A stretch of DNA of 64,000 nucleotides from Cirrosporium novae-zelandiae (taxonomy: Eukaryota): the NCBI GenBank assembly GCA_026023565.1, contig JAPETS010000022.1, positions 434,001 through 498,000 of the forward strand. Direction: 5' to 3'. The notes under the pieces are model-generated. The model searched no databases, was not told where the DNA came from, and saw only the letters and a program-made list of their open reading frames with translations. Position 1 is the stretch's first letter. Each line of letters starts with the position of its first letter. Positions 26,301 to 36,802 of the stretch are shown piece after piece. The position numbers were made by a program, and so were the translations under genes.

Positions 26301-26677
26301 GAAATATGGTATTGGTTTTGTAGAGAGAGTATATCTGGCAAGGTCCTGGAGTTCACCAACATAGAAACATCTTCGCCATTATCAGTCCGTCCATGGAACA
26401 TAATAGGCGTTTCTCCTTCAGTGGTGCTTGCATCGTTCTCTTGGAGCTGCTGTCCTTGAGTTCGCTGACGCCTTCGCTGGCGTTGAGAAGGTCTTCTATA
26501 AATGGCATTTCGGCGGCGCAAAGGATACGATGGGGTAGAGGGAGGAATATCGCCATCGGAAAAGAAGTGCTGGTGGATATAGTAGATGCTATAAGCAACA
26601 GTAAGACCCGTCAAAATCAGGATCGCAGGGCGGTAGCGAGAGATGGTTGAGTAGCTGTTACTTGAGGTCAAAGCCAT
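23324..26677 (-). CDS. ZZ-type zinc finger plus EF-hand protein
   Basis: IHRGVTCNSC...RYRCSNCLDFDLCESCE..H (ZZ finger); EF-hand loops DTDSNGLVGLHE and DLNEDGYVTRKD; N-terminal hydrophobic segment; 1117-aa uninterrupted ORF. Confidence 0.9.
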   Translation of the reverse strand: MALTSSNSYSTISRYRPAILILTGLTVAYSIYYIHQHFFSDGDIPPSTPSYPLRRRNAIYRRPSQRQRRRQRTQGQQLQENDASTTEGETPIMFHGRTDNGEDVSMLVNSRTLPDILSLQNQYHISADAASELRNRIESVVLDNFLAQSPPPEQLLAVATNDQRLVIQMFLDRGFRVHNIREAFDRFINGSLLLSSGEAANNPERLQELRRRMEDSQHPDDSSEIPNGTSDGHVEDLVEEIHVEDTVQDQENVPNSQDHGRHPSGETVGTDAVNGGQGLLNLLYHIAAEQATREGYIHRGVTCNSCGMVPIRGIRYRCSNCLDFDLCESCETMQMHPKTHLFYKIRIPAPFLGSPRQAQPVWYPGKPGHLPRSLPLNTIKDLVKETGFERPELEALYDQFRCLANAPWPEDPLQCNMAIDRSTFDKCFIPNTGNGFAYPNLVYDRIFAFYDTDSNGLVGLHEFLTGSSCLNGKSKDERIRRTFKGYDLNEDGYVTRKDFLRMFRAYYALTKELTKEIVIPMDDENGPENMGWGRSVISTSQPLSSAFPGRFGNGEESRTGQGKQRNEAGDMELIDDEGVVLDSSDDQGEFHQVIEDVAERRRFGNITTGGLRQDMDSMFLPVSPTEIRTTREVEVILEAAERATVDTTMSMHDDSDADDEDHDHSDGEDDGSWPPQFVVPADVEIALGRDSSLDSITDLDERDKVRAAAMERIKVIEDRKRNDERETALEDRYERREFYLDEEDGVALPGGMKSDTDPHGNVPRSANDDSDDGPASRRSRSSSKVRFEDDVTDTDYETRSNHSTSSRSIPHGERWGGYGIPEAERDVGKEIVYQVTQSGLNEMLDPLFREKEDLKMECLKTRAERKKWAKEIEVFAKTKGDITYNTASIPSLAKWNETLRKEGLDNEITEVPTVASTITSRYSSEDTDKALQALLDDAGYSIINIVIDESSVVIPNSATDPLPQPTSLTPDPTLPQNRPNSPSINATPTAQVQAQPQEPPKETPSEEYRDPTLPQNRPNTPPPPSPSLKPSKLDDNLAHNRLSLLSSSNTLQQQTSERPPSQRKLERYLMMEAVEKEYAERGELWGSLSLEEFEKKMDGPDGSKLGYLGMWIDLASF

Positions 26678-27184
26678 GATATGATGGATGAATGTCTGAC
26701 GATGATTTAAACAAGGTAAAGTTGAGGAAATCCTATTCCGGAGGTATAGAGAGATGACTTAGGGCAGTCATGATTCGATAAGAAGGATCAAGTTTGTGTT
26801 GAGAGACCCGGATGCGCGATCTTGAAAGAGAAATGGGAAAAGCAGGAAAAGTGTCTGAATAAACATACATGTCGAGTAAGAAACGTCACACCATCAGAGC
26901 TTCCATTTACAGACAGGGCTCTTAAAGCTTGGCCACGGGTAAGGCTGACAGCAAACTTCGACTATTCAACCTTCTACTCTTTCTACAATTCTTTAACGGT
27001 CAAAGAGATGCATCACAATACCAGGTTACAAGCATCTCTATTGTCTAGTTATAGTAATAAATCTGTCGTACATGCCTCTACCTGTTTGTAACTTGAACAA
27101 AATTCATGCCAAGTTTGTGAAAGATAGTAGCATCAGTCTCCGTGCCCTATAATCCTCATCAAGATAACTTTACTCTCAGAACCA

Positions 27185-29099
27185 TCAACTAAGCTTCTTC
27201 TCTCGAATAAAAAAGCTAGATATTAGGGCGCAAGCCGATATACCAATGACAAATAAATAACTGGATCGAATCGCGTCACCATAACTCTGGACAACGACTG
27301 CCTTCTCTTGCGGATTGAGCTTTTTGATATAGTCCAAACTTTGCCGTACTTTCTTGGAGATGTTATCTGCATCTCCGCTGTTGCTGAGACCTGCTCGGAG
27401 GTTGTTGCGCAGCGATTGTTGCACAATTGTAGATCCAAGAGACAGACCAACCACGGATCCTAGGCAACGGTATAGATAGGAACAAGCAGTGACAATTGCC
27501 TGATCGTCTGGGGAGGCATTTGCAACTATATTTGTCAGTTTTGTTTCCCCAGCTCACGTTTAATGGATTATACTTACGGAGGCTGATCAATGTAGTAGTA
27601 ACTCCAACTCCAACACCAAAGGTACTCATTACCATCCCAACAGATATCCCCCAAGTACTATTCACAAGATAGCCTGAACAAAGGATCAAGGGAATTCCGC
27701 TGACTGTCAATATCGCATATCCAATAATAGTTAGCCAATAATACTTCCCCACCTTCTGCATGAAGATACCACCAAATAACGACCCAGCCACGCTAGCTAG
27801 TACTGGAGGTAGTAACCTGACTCCTGCTTGAGTGCCGCTGAAACCATCAATAACCTGGAAAAAGAGAGGTACGTAGAACAACTCGGTAACGTAAGCTCCA
27901 AAGGAAAAGAAATTGCAAAGGTAGCATGCAAAAAGGCTTCGTTCGAAAATAATATGTCCAGGTGCAAATGGCTCAGAAGCAATATTCATTTCCACAAAAA
28001 CAAAAATAGCAAAAAGTGGTAAGGTTAAGGCAAGAGGGATATAAGCCTCCTTGACTCCCCAAGAGACATTGCTTCCTCTATCCAAACCAAGAAGAAAAGC
28101 AAATGTAGCACAGACCAGTATGATTGCTCCAAGGAAATCAACCCGGCGAAGCTTCGCTCCCCAGTGTTCTGTGTCCTTAGTTGGTATCTTAAGGGTCAAA
28201 GCCACGCTAATAAGCGCAATTAAGGAAAGAGGAACTTGTCCGAGGAATGCCCTAATATCTGTTAGATATATAACTATACACATCAAGCTCTCTGCCTACC
28301 ATCTCCATCCAATATAATCAGCAAGCATACCTCCTAGACAACAGTTAGCAATGCAATATATATCTATGGAGACAATTCTAAATACCCAATGGAGCGCCAC
28401 AGCCTGCACCTGCAGCTGCAACAATGCTGAAGATGCCTTGCCAGGTTCCTCGTTCCCGGAGAGGAATAATATCACTCATCAACACAGATACGACGGTGGT
28501 CATGCCACCTCCTCCAATACCAGCGAATGCCTGAGACCGAGATATTAGCTACAAGTACCCTAAAATAGAATCTCGTCTCCTACCCTAGCCGCAATGAGCT
28601 CCCGGATATCTCGAGCAAGGCCACAGAAGAGACATCCCAAAGAGAAGACGGCGTATGCGAAAAGTAGAGCAGGTTTGCGCCCAAAGATATCGCTAAGTTT
28701 TCCATAGAGAGGCTGGAACGATGAAAGGGTTAGGAAATAGGCAGTAGCGATCCATGAAGTCATTTCAAGTGAATTCATTTCAGTTCCGATGCGACCGTAG
28801 CTGGAAACTATAAGGGTTTGATCTGCACAAGACAAAAAGATCCCAAGGCTAACGGCGGGCACAATATATTTCAATCGCTTTCGGGCCTCCGGATCGCCTT
28901 GGAATTGTTTGTTCCTGTCATCGATTGGTATGATAACGCCCTCCGAAACGTCATCTCCGCCATCTGCTATAGTAGAAGTTCCATTAGAGCCATCGTCATT
29001 CGCAAAAGTACTGCTGAAATTGTCATTCTTGGGAAAGTCGCCCGTTGATTTAGGGATGAGCGGGGAAGTTTCGGTTGCACTGCTATTTGGAGAATCCAT
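27185..29099 (-). CDS. MFS transporter, DHA2/Vba-like (14 TM), multi-exon
   Basis: FLSCADQTLIV, WIATAYFLT..FQPLYGKLSDIFGRK, GIGGGGMTTV, RERGTWQG and VDFLGA motifs across several exons. Confidence 0.9.
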
Positions 29100-29736
29100 A
29101 TGGTGGGAGACTTAAGGATCCAGGTGATAAAGAATTATTAAGATATAACAATTTCAGCGCAAACAACTTCACATAACAGTATTCAATTAATGAAGACAAC
29201 TAAGTTAAATAGAGCAAATTCCTTGGAGAGAGCAATAGATTAATCAGACATGCAAACTCTAGTTCGCGTATAAAGGGCGAAGGATGAAGGTTCTTATTCT
29301 AGCTGTGTTACGGTGACGACGCCTCCAAGCTGACAAGATAATAGTTGTTGGTTGGATTTGATAACAATGCCAATTCTGTGCTTGAAATGTTGACCAATAA
29401 ACTGGTCTGAGCTGTGCTGGGGCTTCATTAAGCTCCAATAGTACAGTAAGGCCAAGGGGACTCTTGGCCTTGTGAAGCCGCTGACATCAATAAAATCCGA
29501 AAACTTCTACCATATCTAGAGTACTCGTGCTACTCCAACATAAAACCTTTCTCCTTACCAATTTAGTGAACAATGTATATCTACGGCGTGGTCGGCGAGA
29601 GGATGCGGAGGAAGGTAATGAATAACATGAACATAATTTCTTGCTATACTAGTTTCTAAGTGAAGTTGATGTCTTTTCTTTTTTTCTCACAGACATGGTA
29701 CATGATGAACTATTTACGCAGTCAGGAATGTATTAG

Positions 29737-29845
29737 TTTTCAACAACAATTCGTTCTGAAGGCTTCCCCAAAGCCTTAAAGACAAATTAATTTTATTTGA
29801 AGGCCTCCTTAAGGTCACTTTTCTAGGTTCGTTTTTTGGGGTCTT
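29737..29845. mobile_element. Degenerate fragment of the same MITE family
   Basis: TTTCAACAACAATTCGTTCTGAAGGCTTCCCCAAAGCCTT aligns with TTTCAATAACAATTCCATTTGAAGGCCTCCCCAAAGTCCT inside the 35.4 kb element. Confidence 0.6.
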
Positions 29846-30073
29846 GGTCGCTTTCATTTCTACCTGTGTCAAAAGTAATGAAAGAGAGAAAAAAAACATC
29901 CATCACCTCAGGCACCAACTAACCATCTCAAGCTCAGTCGAAGCCTGAATATTTTGCTTCTACTCTTCTCCCCTCCATTAAGTACCTGTCTATCTCCCTG
30001 TCTCTTTATTTCTTTACAACGTCTTCTACAACCAAGGCCCCACCCACCATCACCCCCTAACCGAAAATCCAAA

Positions 30074-30724
30074 ATGGCTCCCAAGCCCCCTCCAGCCCTT
30101 CGCTACAATTCAATCCTAACCTACTTCCATACCTCGCAAACCTGCCACACCCTCCGGGACCTTGAAAAAGCCTTGCCCCCAATCGCCTCCATCGCCTCCA
30201 TTCAAGTAAAAGAATACCTACAAACCCTCCTTGACGAAAACAAGATCCGCGTGGAGAAGATCGGGTCTGGTAATTGGTATTGGAGCTTTTTGAGCGAGGG
30301 CAAGAGGGAGAGGGAGAGGGTTTTGAAGGACTTGAGGGGAGAGTTGGAGAAGGTGGAGAGGGGGCTAAGAGAGTTGGCGGGGAGGGTTGAGGAAATGGTT
30401 GAAGAGGGGGAGCAGGAAGATGGTGGCACAGATGGTGGGAGGGGGGTGTTGGTTGAGAAGAAAGAGGAGCTCGGGTTGGAGGTGGCAGCGCTGAAGAAGG
30501 AACTTGAGGCGTATAAGAGTGTTGATCCGGTTGTTGTAGCAAGGATGGAGGGGGAGACCATGGGGTTCAAACGCAGCGCCGAGATGTGGACCGAGAATAT
30601 CTGGATTTTGGAGGAGAGGATCAAGATGTTGGTTGACGGTGATAGGGAGGCTCTTGAGGGGGTGAGAAAGGAGCTCTATGGTGACGAGTATATGGAAGGA
30701 GAGGGATTGAGAGAGCTGGCATGA
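30074..30724 (+). CDS. MND1: Meiotic recombination protein Mnd1
   Basis: TLRDLEKALP..ASI..IQVKEYLQTLLDENKIRVEKIGSGNWYWSF, a coiled coil, then AEMWTENIWIL. First ATG at 30074. Confidence 0.9.
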   Translation: MAPKPPPALRYNSILTYFHTSQTCHTLRDLEKALPPIASIASIQVKEYLQTLLDENKIRVEKIGSGNWYWSFLSEGKRERERVLKDLRGELEKVERGLRELAGRVEEMVEEGEQEDGGTDGGRGVLVEKKEELGLEVAALKKELEAYKSVDPVVVARMEGETMGFKRSAEMWTENIWILEERIKMLVDGDREALEGVRKELYGDEYMEGEGLRELA

Positions 30725-31049
30725 TTTGAAGAGGCCGAGTAGACGAGAAAGTGACCTCCGATAGTATTCTTTTGATTATTTGCTTGTTGCTACTTAGTAT
30801 ATTATGAAAGTATTAGTGTCATTCTCAAACACATTCTTGTTAATGTTCGTCCGATGTAAAGAGGCATATCATACGAAACACAAAACTGGGGTGGGTGGGT
30901 TATCATCATCATTCGTTATTGTTTCCTAGCCGGCTAAATCGACTCAACCTAACTAGCTGAGCGAACATTGGCCCGATCTTCGCAGATCCGGCCCGACGTC
31001 CCCCCCAAAACAACTCATTATCCAGATTCGTAGCTAATTACATGGGTAT

Positions 31050-32730
31050 CTAAACCTTCTCCTTATGTTCCACCTGCTCCATTCCAAATGCCGTATCCTC
31101 CAAACCAATCTTCGCCGCGACTATCTTTGCCTTAGTAGTTGCAGCTTCCCCACCAACAAGGGCGTCTTCACCATCGAAGTGTTTAGCAATTTCTTCGAGA
31201 GGCGTATTCCTAGTTTCGATGTAGAACTTCCAGACAAAGACCAATTCAAAGGCCAGCCAGCAGCAGTATACAATGTAATACCTCCAGTGGATGGCATCGA
31301 GGGCGATGGGGTTGATATATTGATTGAAGAAGACTGGATGGAGACGGATTAACTTACGTCACGGTACAAAGGAGAGAAAAATACTTACGTGCGATATCAA
31401 CAAAGAGGTTCATGCAAGCCAGACCCTTTGCACGGATACTAAATGGCAGAATCTCCACGGAGTAGCCGACCAAGAGACCAGACCATGCCATGTTATAGAA
31501 GATATAGTAGACGAAAATCATGGCAATAACCGTACGACCGAGGCCAGTTGAGCTATCTTGATCATTTCGCGCAGAACAGATTGTCCAAATGATGAAGGAG
31601 CCTAGCATGCCAGAAGTAGACACCAGGAAGAGCTTACGACGGCCAACTTTATCGACGACGAAGCACATAGACAGGGCCACAATGTAATTGACGATCTGTA
31701 GAATGCCATTGATAAGTGTTTGGGTTGTGCTATTCGTGATCCCAATGCCGTCTAGGATAAGCGTCAAATAATAAGACACTAAGCCATTGCCTGACCATTG
31801 TGAGAACAAGCCAGCACTAGCTAAGATGAGTAGGCGGTGGCGATTTCCCTTGGTTCGGATAAGTTCTTTCCAGGAGTTGGCTTCCATCTCCCGCTCCATG
31901 CGAAGTGTGTCTTTGATTTCCTTCATTTCGAGTTGGACAACTTCATCCTCTGTATCGCCATTCGCATGACAATCCGCAAGGATGTGAAGAGCTTTCTCGT
32001 GTCGGCCTTTAGAGATGTGCCATCTGGGAGATTCTGGAATAAGCCAGACGAATGTCAATTGAATGACTGACGGGAAGCCTTGGACAATTGATGGGACTCT
32101 CCAACACCAATTACTCTGAACATAATCCGTACCGAATGTCAACCAGGCTGCAACGATTGCTCCAAGATACCAGGTGGTATTGTAGATAGTGGTAAAGATA
32201 GCTCGGTGTTGCGTATGAACAAGTTCAGTAACGAGAAGAGGAGATGCGCCATGGGCGATTGAGACACCGAAACCGATGAGAAACCTAGCGGCTACAAACA
32301 TGCTGAAGTTCGTACTGACTCCTTGCAAAACCACACCAACAAGCATGAGGATATCCCCAATCACGATACCCATTCTTCGACCCAAGTAATCTGCAATGTA
32401 TGGAACAATTGGAAGTGCGCAGAGGCCACCGACGGACATGATACAGTTCAGAAGCCCAAGTTGGGAGCCATGTGGATGATTGAAATAATCTTGCCAATAG
32501 CTCAAGATCTGTAGGCCATTCATCATAGACCCATCGTAGCCATTTGTAGCCTAGAAAATTCGTTCAATTGCTTGTTCATAGAGCACTATAGTAAAAAAGA
32601 TATTGCTTACCGAAGTCAAGACAACAAACAAAAGACGGAGGTAGGTCTTTCTCATACCAGAATTCTTATACCAGGTCACCCTAGGAAATCTCTTTCCCGC
32701 AAGCTCGAAAGTTCCCTCCTGAGGATCCAT
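31050..32730 (-). CDS. MFS sugar porter (lactose permease / cellodextrin transporter-like), 3 exons
   Basis: FPRVTWYK..GMRK, SATNGYDGSMMNGLQ (across an intron), ADYLGRR, PESPRW, FSQWSGNGLVSYYL, DKVGRR and IETRNTPLEEI. Confidence 0.92.
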
Positions 32731-34261
32731 AATGCTTTGAATTGGGGTTGAACCGAATGCTTCAATGTAAATATCAGAGCTGGGCCTGCTGAAGAAGCCA
32801 TCTCAATGACCTGGGACGTGATATATATTCCTTGTCCGACATTTTATTTAGCCGATATAGGGCATCCTCGTTTGGGAGAATGGATAAACAATCATCTTGA
32901 ATTGCCGTGATAGAGTCGTAGGCGCTCGACGGTCTATGCCTATCCCCTTGCGTTGTGATCTTAAGAGAAAGCCAGCGTCGGTGGTAGTGCTCTGGGTGGG
33001 GAGAAAAGCTGCAATATCATGGTCGGTTTGTGGTAATGGATGTGCTGGAATTACGCACCCGTACTGGAGGTGGTTAGATTAGTTTCAGGGTAAAGTAACT
33101 ATTGTGTAGTTATATCAGGAGACTGTGAAAGGTGGAAAAGACCCATGATACAGAGAAAACAGATAGCCTCATTATTTGTTAGGGGTGTTATCCCGCATTT
33201 GGGGGTAACCCCCATGGGGATTCGGCTAAGCACACGTCTCCACGACTATTCACGACATCTTTCCCATGGGTTTACCCCACAACTTAGGACAAAGCATATC
33301 TTGGCGCCGTCTATTTACCCGGCACCCCAGCGGAAAATTTGGCCAAAGGACTCCACATGCCCACGCCGGGGTATTTACCTGGGGTTTTGAGACCAAGTCA
33401 AGAAAAACATCAAGTTGGAGTCTTCTGACTGGTCCTGATAAGAACACCGCTAGATCTAATTATTGGTCCAAATTAATTACCTAGGTTCAGTGGGTAATCC
33501 CGAGGTTGGAGCTTTAGCTGCTGAGTACCTCGTGTAGGAGTGAACACAGGTTCATTCATCAAATGCATCCTTGGCGTGACATTGTTCCTTGCTCATTGTA
33601 CACAAAGCTCAAGCGAGTCGTCCCTCCATATCTCGAATGTTCAGCATAAGTCATTTATTTTTTCAAAGAAAGTAGCCTTGGGCGAGAAGCATGCACAATC
33701 AAATCGCTACCTATTACAAGTGCAATGTTTGCAAGGAGACGACTGAACCTTCCAAAGCTTGTTGTTACAGATGAACCATGCTATCGGAATACTCCCAAGG
33801 TCGACTGGAGATCTCCAGGCTGTACTTGAGGGGAGAATCTCCCGCCATTGAAGATCTCCGAGGTATATAAAGCCTGGTCCCAGAAACTTGGTAGAAGATT
33901 GATGGCAGACCCGCCTAAAGGGTAAACCAAGTTCCTTTTTCAGCCGGATTCTGCCACACATTTGAGGGGAAAGTTTTGCATGATCTATCTTTCTCTCCAC
34001 AGGCAACCACCAAGAGATAGCATGGCTTAATCTTTCTTGGGCCGGGTTTGAGATGCCCTTGACCAATTCTGCCTAGGGGTGGATTATCCGATCTTGATAT
34101 GATCCTATATTTCGCGTATATGCTAAATCCATGGTGAAGTTCTGTGTGGCTTACAATGTAGAATAGCCGTCTTGATCTCTCTGCAACCAATTACTTTACG
34201 TAGATGGTCTTAGCTTAATGGCTTGCAGAATTGCTTTTCCGGAATCACCATAATACGGAGC

Positions 34262-34868
34262 TCATGTATGGCCATCTGCTGGATCCAGCTTTCTCTTTTT
34301 CCTACTCCTTCCTGAATTTATCGCTGGCTCATTTGGAGTAATGACGCTTCTTTGTGTAGACGTCGTTCCCGCAGATGGATCCATATCACGTTCTTCTTCC
34401 ACAAATAGTCGATGCCCATTTTCTCCTAGCACTTCCTTTGCGGCTTCTTCCACTAATATACCAAATGCAAGCAAGGCCGTCTCATCGAGGCTATGCCAGT
34501 CATTTCGGCCACGATCAGGGCTGATACATGCATAAAAATCAGAAGCGTGCATATGGATGGCTTTGAGCAGATCTGAGTCGGGTAAGCGTTGACCAGGCTT
34601 TAGTTTCTCGTTGGCAAAGTAGAAGTCATCCTCTTCATAACGGACCGGGGCATTTTTTCTCCTAAATAGAACCTCGTCTGGAGGGTGAGGGAGTGAACCC
34701 GGGGGGAAAGCGCCTGGGCACTTCGATTGATATGGAGTGGATGGCATAAATCCATTTGTCGAGACGCGACCTGAATAAATTAATTTTAAGATTGTATTTT
34801 CTAACCAGCAAAATTCACACACCTGCAACAGCATCATAAACGTTCGCCTGTCGTCTTTTCCTATCCAT
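34262..34868 (-). CDS. RRN10: RNA polymerase I upstream activating factor subunit Rrn10-like, 2 exons
   Basis: Exon 1 MDRKRRQANVYDAVA (intron about 34822-34772), then PDEVLF, LPDSDLLKAIHMHA and LDETALLAFGILVEE. These match Rrn10 blocks as recalled from yeast (NVYEA / DEVL / IPDIDL..HYYA / FDETSL..LGLLIE). Confidence 0.75.
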
Positions 34869-35367
34869 ACTTAGACGTTTATCTGACACGATACCTCAAG
34901 TATATTCATGTACAGTTCTAGTCAGTAACAGGTGTAGGAGAAATAATCCTCAGAAAAGATCTATCGAGCTAGAATTTTCGTCAGAGAATGGATGTTAGAA
35001 ACGCGTAGTTCACGTTGAAGGAATTATCATTCTGATGGCTGGTGGTGATTGTATTCTCTTGGCCTGTGTTAATATCTCAGCATTGGCCGCTCTAGCTTTC
35101 TTACTGGTACTTTCAAACCTAGAGAATCGGCTAGACAAGCCTAGGATAACTATCTAAGTATATAATTATTACCCATTTCTATACTAGTTATTGTTCAAAA
35201 GTAGAAGTATTATTGTCATATTTTTCTTTAATTTCAAGCAGATTTAAATTCATGTACTGAAGAAGGGAGGCTCTCTATTAGTTTGGTTTTCAGATATTGA
35301 TTCCTGAGGATCAAGGTGTGAAAGAGTATGTAAGACAGCTTTCCTCGCTTAGCATTTTCAAATCCAG

Positions 35368-35573
35368 GCACGCGGGTCCCAAAAAAAATCAGAAAATGAT
35401 CCTAGGGAGGCCTTCAAACAAAATGAATTTTTAATTTCAATAACAATTCCATTTGAAGGCCTCCCCAAAGTCCTAGAATACATAAAAATTGATTTTGTTT
35501 AAAGGTCTCCCCAGGAAAAATAATAATTAAAAAAGGGAATTTGTGAGTCCCGTTTACTTTGGGACCCGCGTGC
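35368..35573. mobile_element. MITE, 206 bp, with perfect 16-bp TIRs and a 3-bp CAG target-site duplication
   Basis: Reads CAG|GCACGCGGGTCCCAAA ... TTTGGGACCCGCGTGC|CAG. AT-rich non-coding interior; related copies near 8.0 kb and 29.8 kb. Confidence 0.85.
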
Positions 35574-35940
35574 CAGCTAAGATTTTTTTACGTCAAACAA
35601 CCATTTATTCCCAGACGCAGAATACTTTGACGAACAGAGACGAGTTTTGTCGTTTACAGAGAAAGACGTGTAGATGAAGGATAGTGGAAGAATGGTCTTG
35701 TTTGAGTTGGTCTAAGGAAATGAACCTAATTACAGCCTGGGTGTATCCATTGTGGCTCTTCCTCAAGTAATCCAATGCCCATTTATTAACCCCTTCTACT
35801 TCAAAGACATCTTCTAAACAAAAGAAACTTCTTGTTTGGTCTCTCTATCATCACTGAACAATCCTAGAATCATTAGCCATGTTGATGGATACAGTCTTAA
35901 AATCAAAACTTACTGACGAGGAGAGACATTGCCCATTGGC

Positions 35941-36338
35941 TTACGCAGTAATCTCATCTTTTGCTAGCAGAACTGCATCTTCAACGCGAATTTGGAGGGT
36001 ATTCTTTGCCAATAGGGTTGTGTCGTCCGACCGCTTTGTGAAGATTATTTCATCTCCTTTATCTTGAAATGTCAGCCAAATTCGATAGTCATATAAGGAA
36101 GATAGGGAGTGTTAAAAGAGCTTAGTTGTTTGCCTAAATGTGATAGGATGGAAACGAACATATCAAACTTACCACTTTTGCCTGCTTTGAGTTCCACACG
36201 AGCAACGAAATCGCGCTCAGTTGGATTGGCTTCTTCTTCAAGACGCGCCAATAGTGCTAAGTCTTCGGTGGGAGTAGAAAGAGGTGCGCAGAACACGACC
36301 GTAGCAGCCAAAATACCAAAGAATATTCGAGGATACAT
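35941..36338 (-). CDS. Small secreted peptide (about 95 aa), candidate RiPP/KEX2-processed precursor, 2 exons
   Basis: Exon 1 is 36338-36173, intron 36172-36063 (GTAAGT...GCTGAC...AAG), exon 2 is 36062-35941. Product: MYPRIFFGILAATVVFCAPLSTPTEDLALLARLEEEANPTERDFVARVELKAGKSDKGDEIIFTKRSDDTTLLAKNTLQIRVEDAVLLAKDEITA*. It has a signal peptide, one KR site and three (E/D)DxxLLA(K/R) repeats. Confidence 0.72.
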
Positions 36339-36802
36339 GATGACCAAGACCAGAGAGTTTATTTCAATAAGAGCAGGATAAAAATAATCCTACGACTCTA
36401 TTTAAGGATATATTCAAGTCGAGTGAACGAGAGGAGTACCTAGGCACTGTGGAAATGATAGGTTTGAAAGAAGTTGTGGGTGAAACGGAATGCTAATGAA
36501 GGATGGATCGAGGGAATGAGAAAAACTGTGGAATTAATTTATAGTCTCGAGAGGAACACGCGAGCAGCGTGGTGGGTGCATGGGTTGTAGTGTTGGGAGT
36601 CAAAATTGAATATTAACCTCGCCACTCGGTGAGTGAAGACAGTAAGTCTGAGCCATCCCTAATAATATCCATCTCTTCAAGCCCCCCTCCATACTCCAAC
36701 ACTATTTATTAACGAGATCAGTCTTCGTGGGAACTTTTGGAGCGAATATCTCTTCACGGATCTTTCAAGACAATTCCAAGACCCCGGAATCCTATCTTAA
36801 GC

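Noticed and set aside
23516..26650. Numerous + strand ORFs overlapping the ZZ/EF-hand gene (and similar antisense ORFs over other genes)
   Set aside because: Shadow ORFs of real coding regions with no independent motifs.
8853..32730. Methyltransferase, ABC transporter, aminotransferase and MFS genes as members of the RiPP cluster
   Set aside because: They lie 3-27 kb away, are interspersed with housekeeping genes (ERV14, MND1, RRN10-like) and belong to widespread families. The sequence shows no link; co-expression data would be needed.
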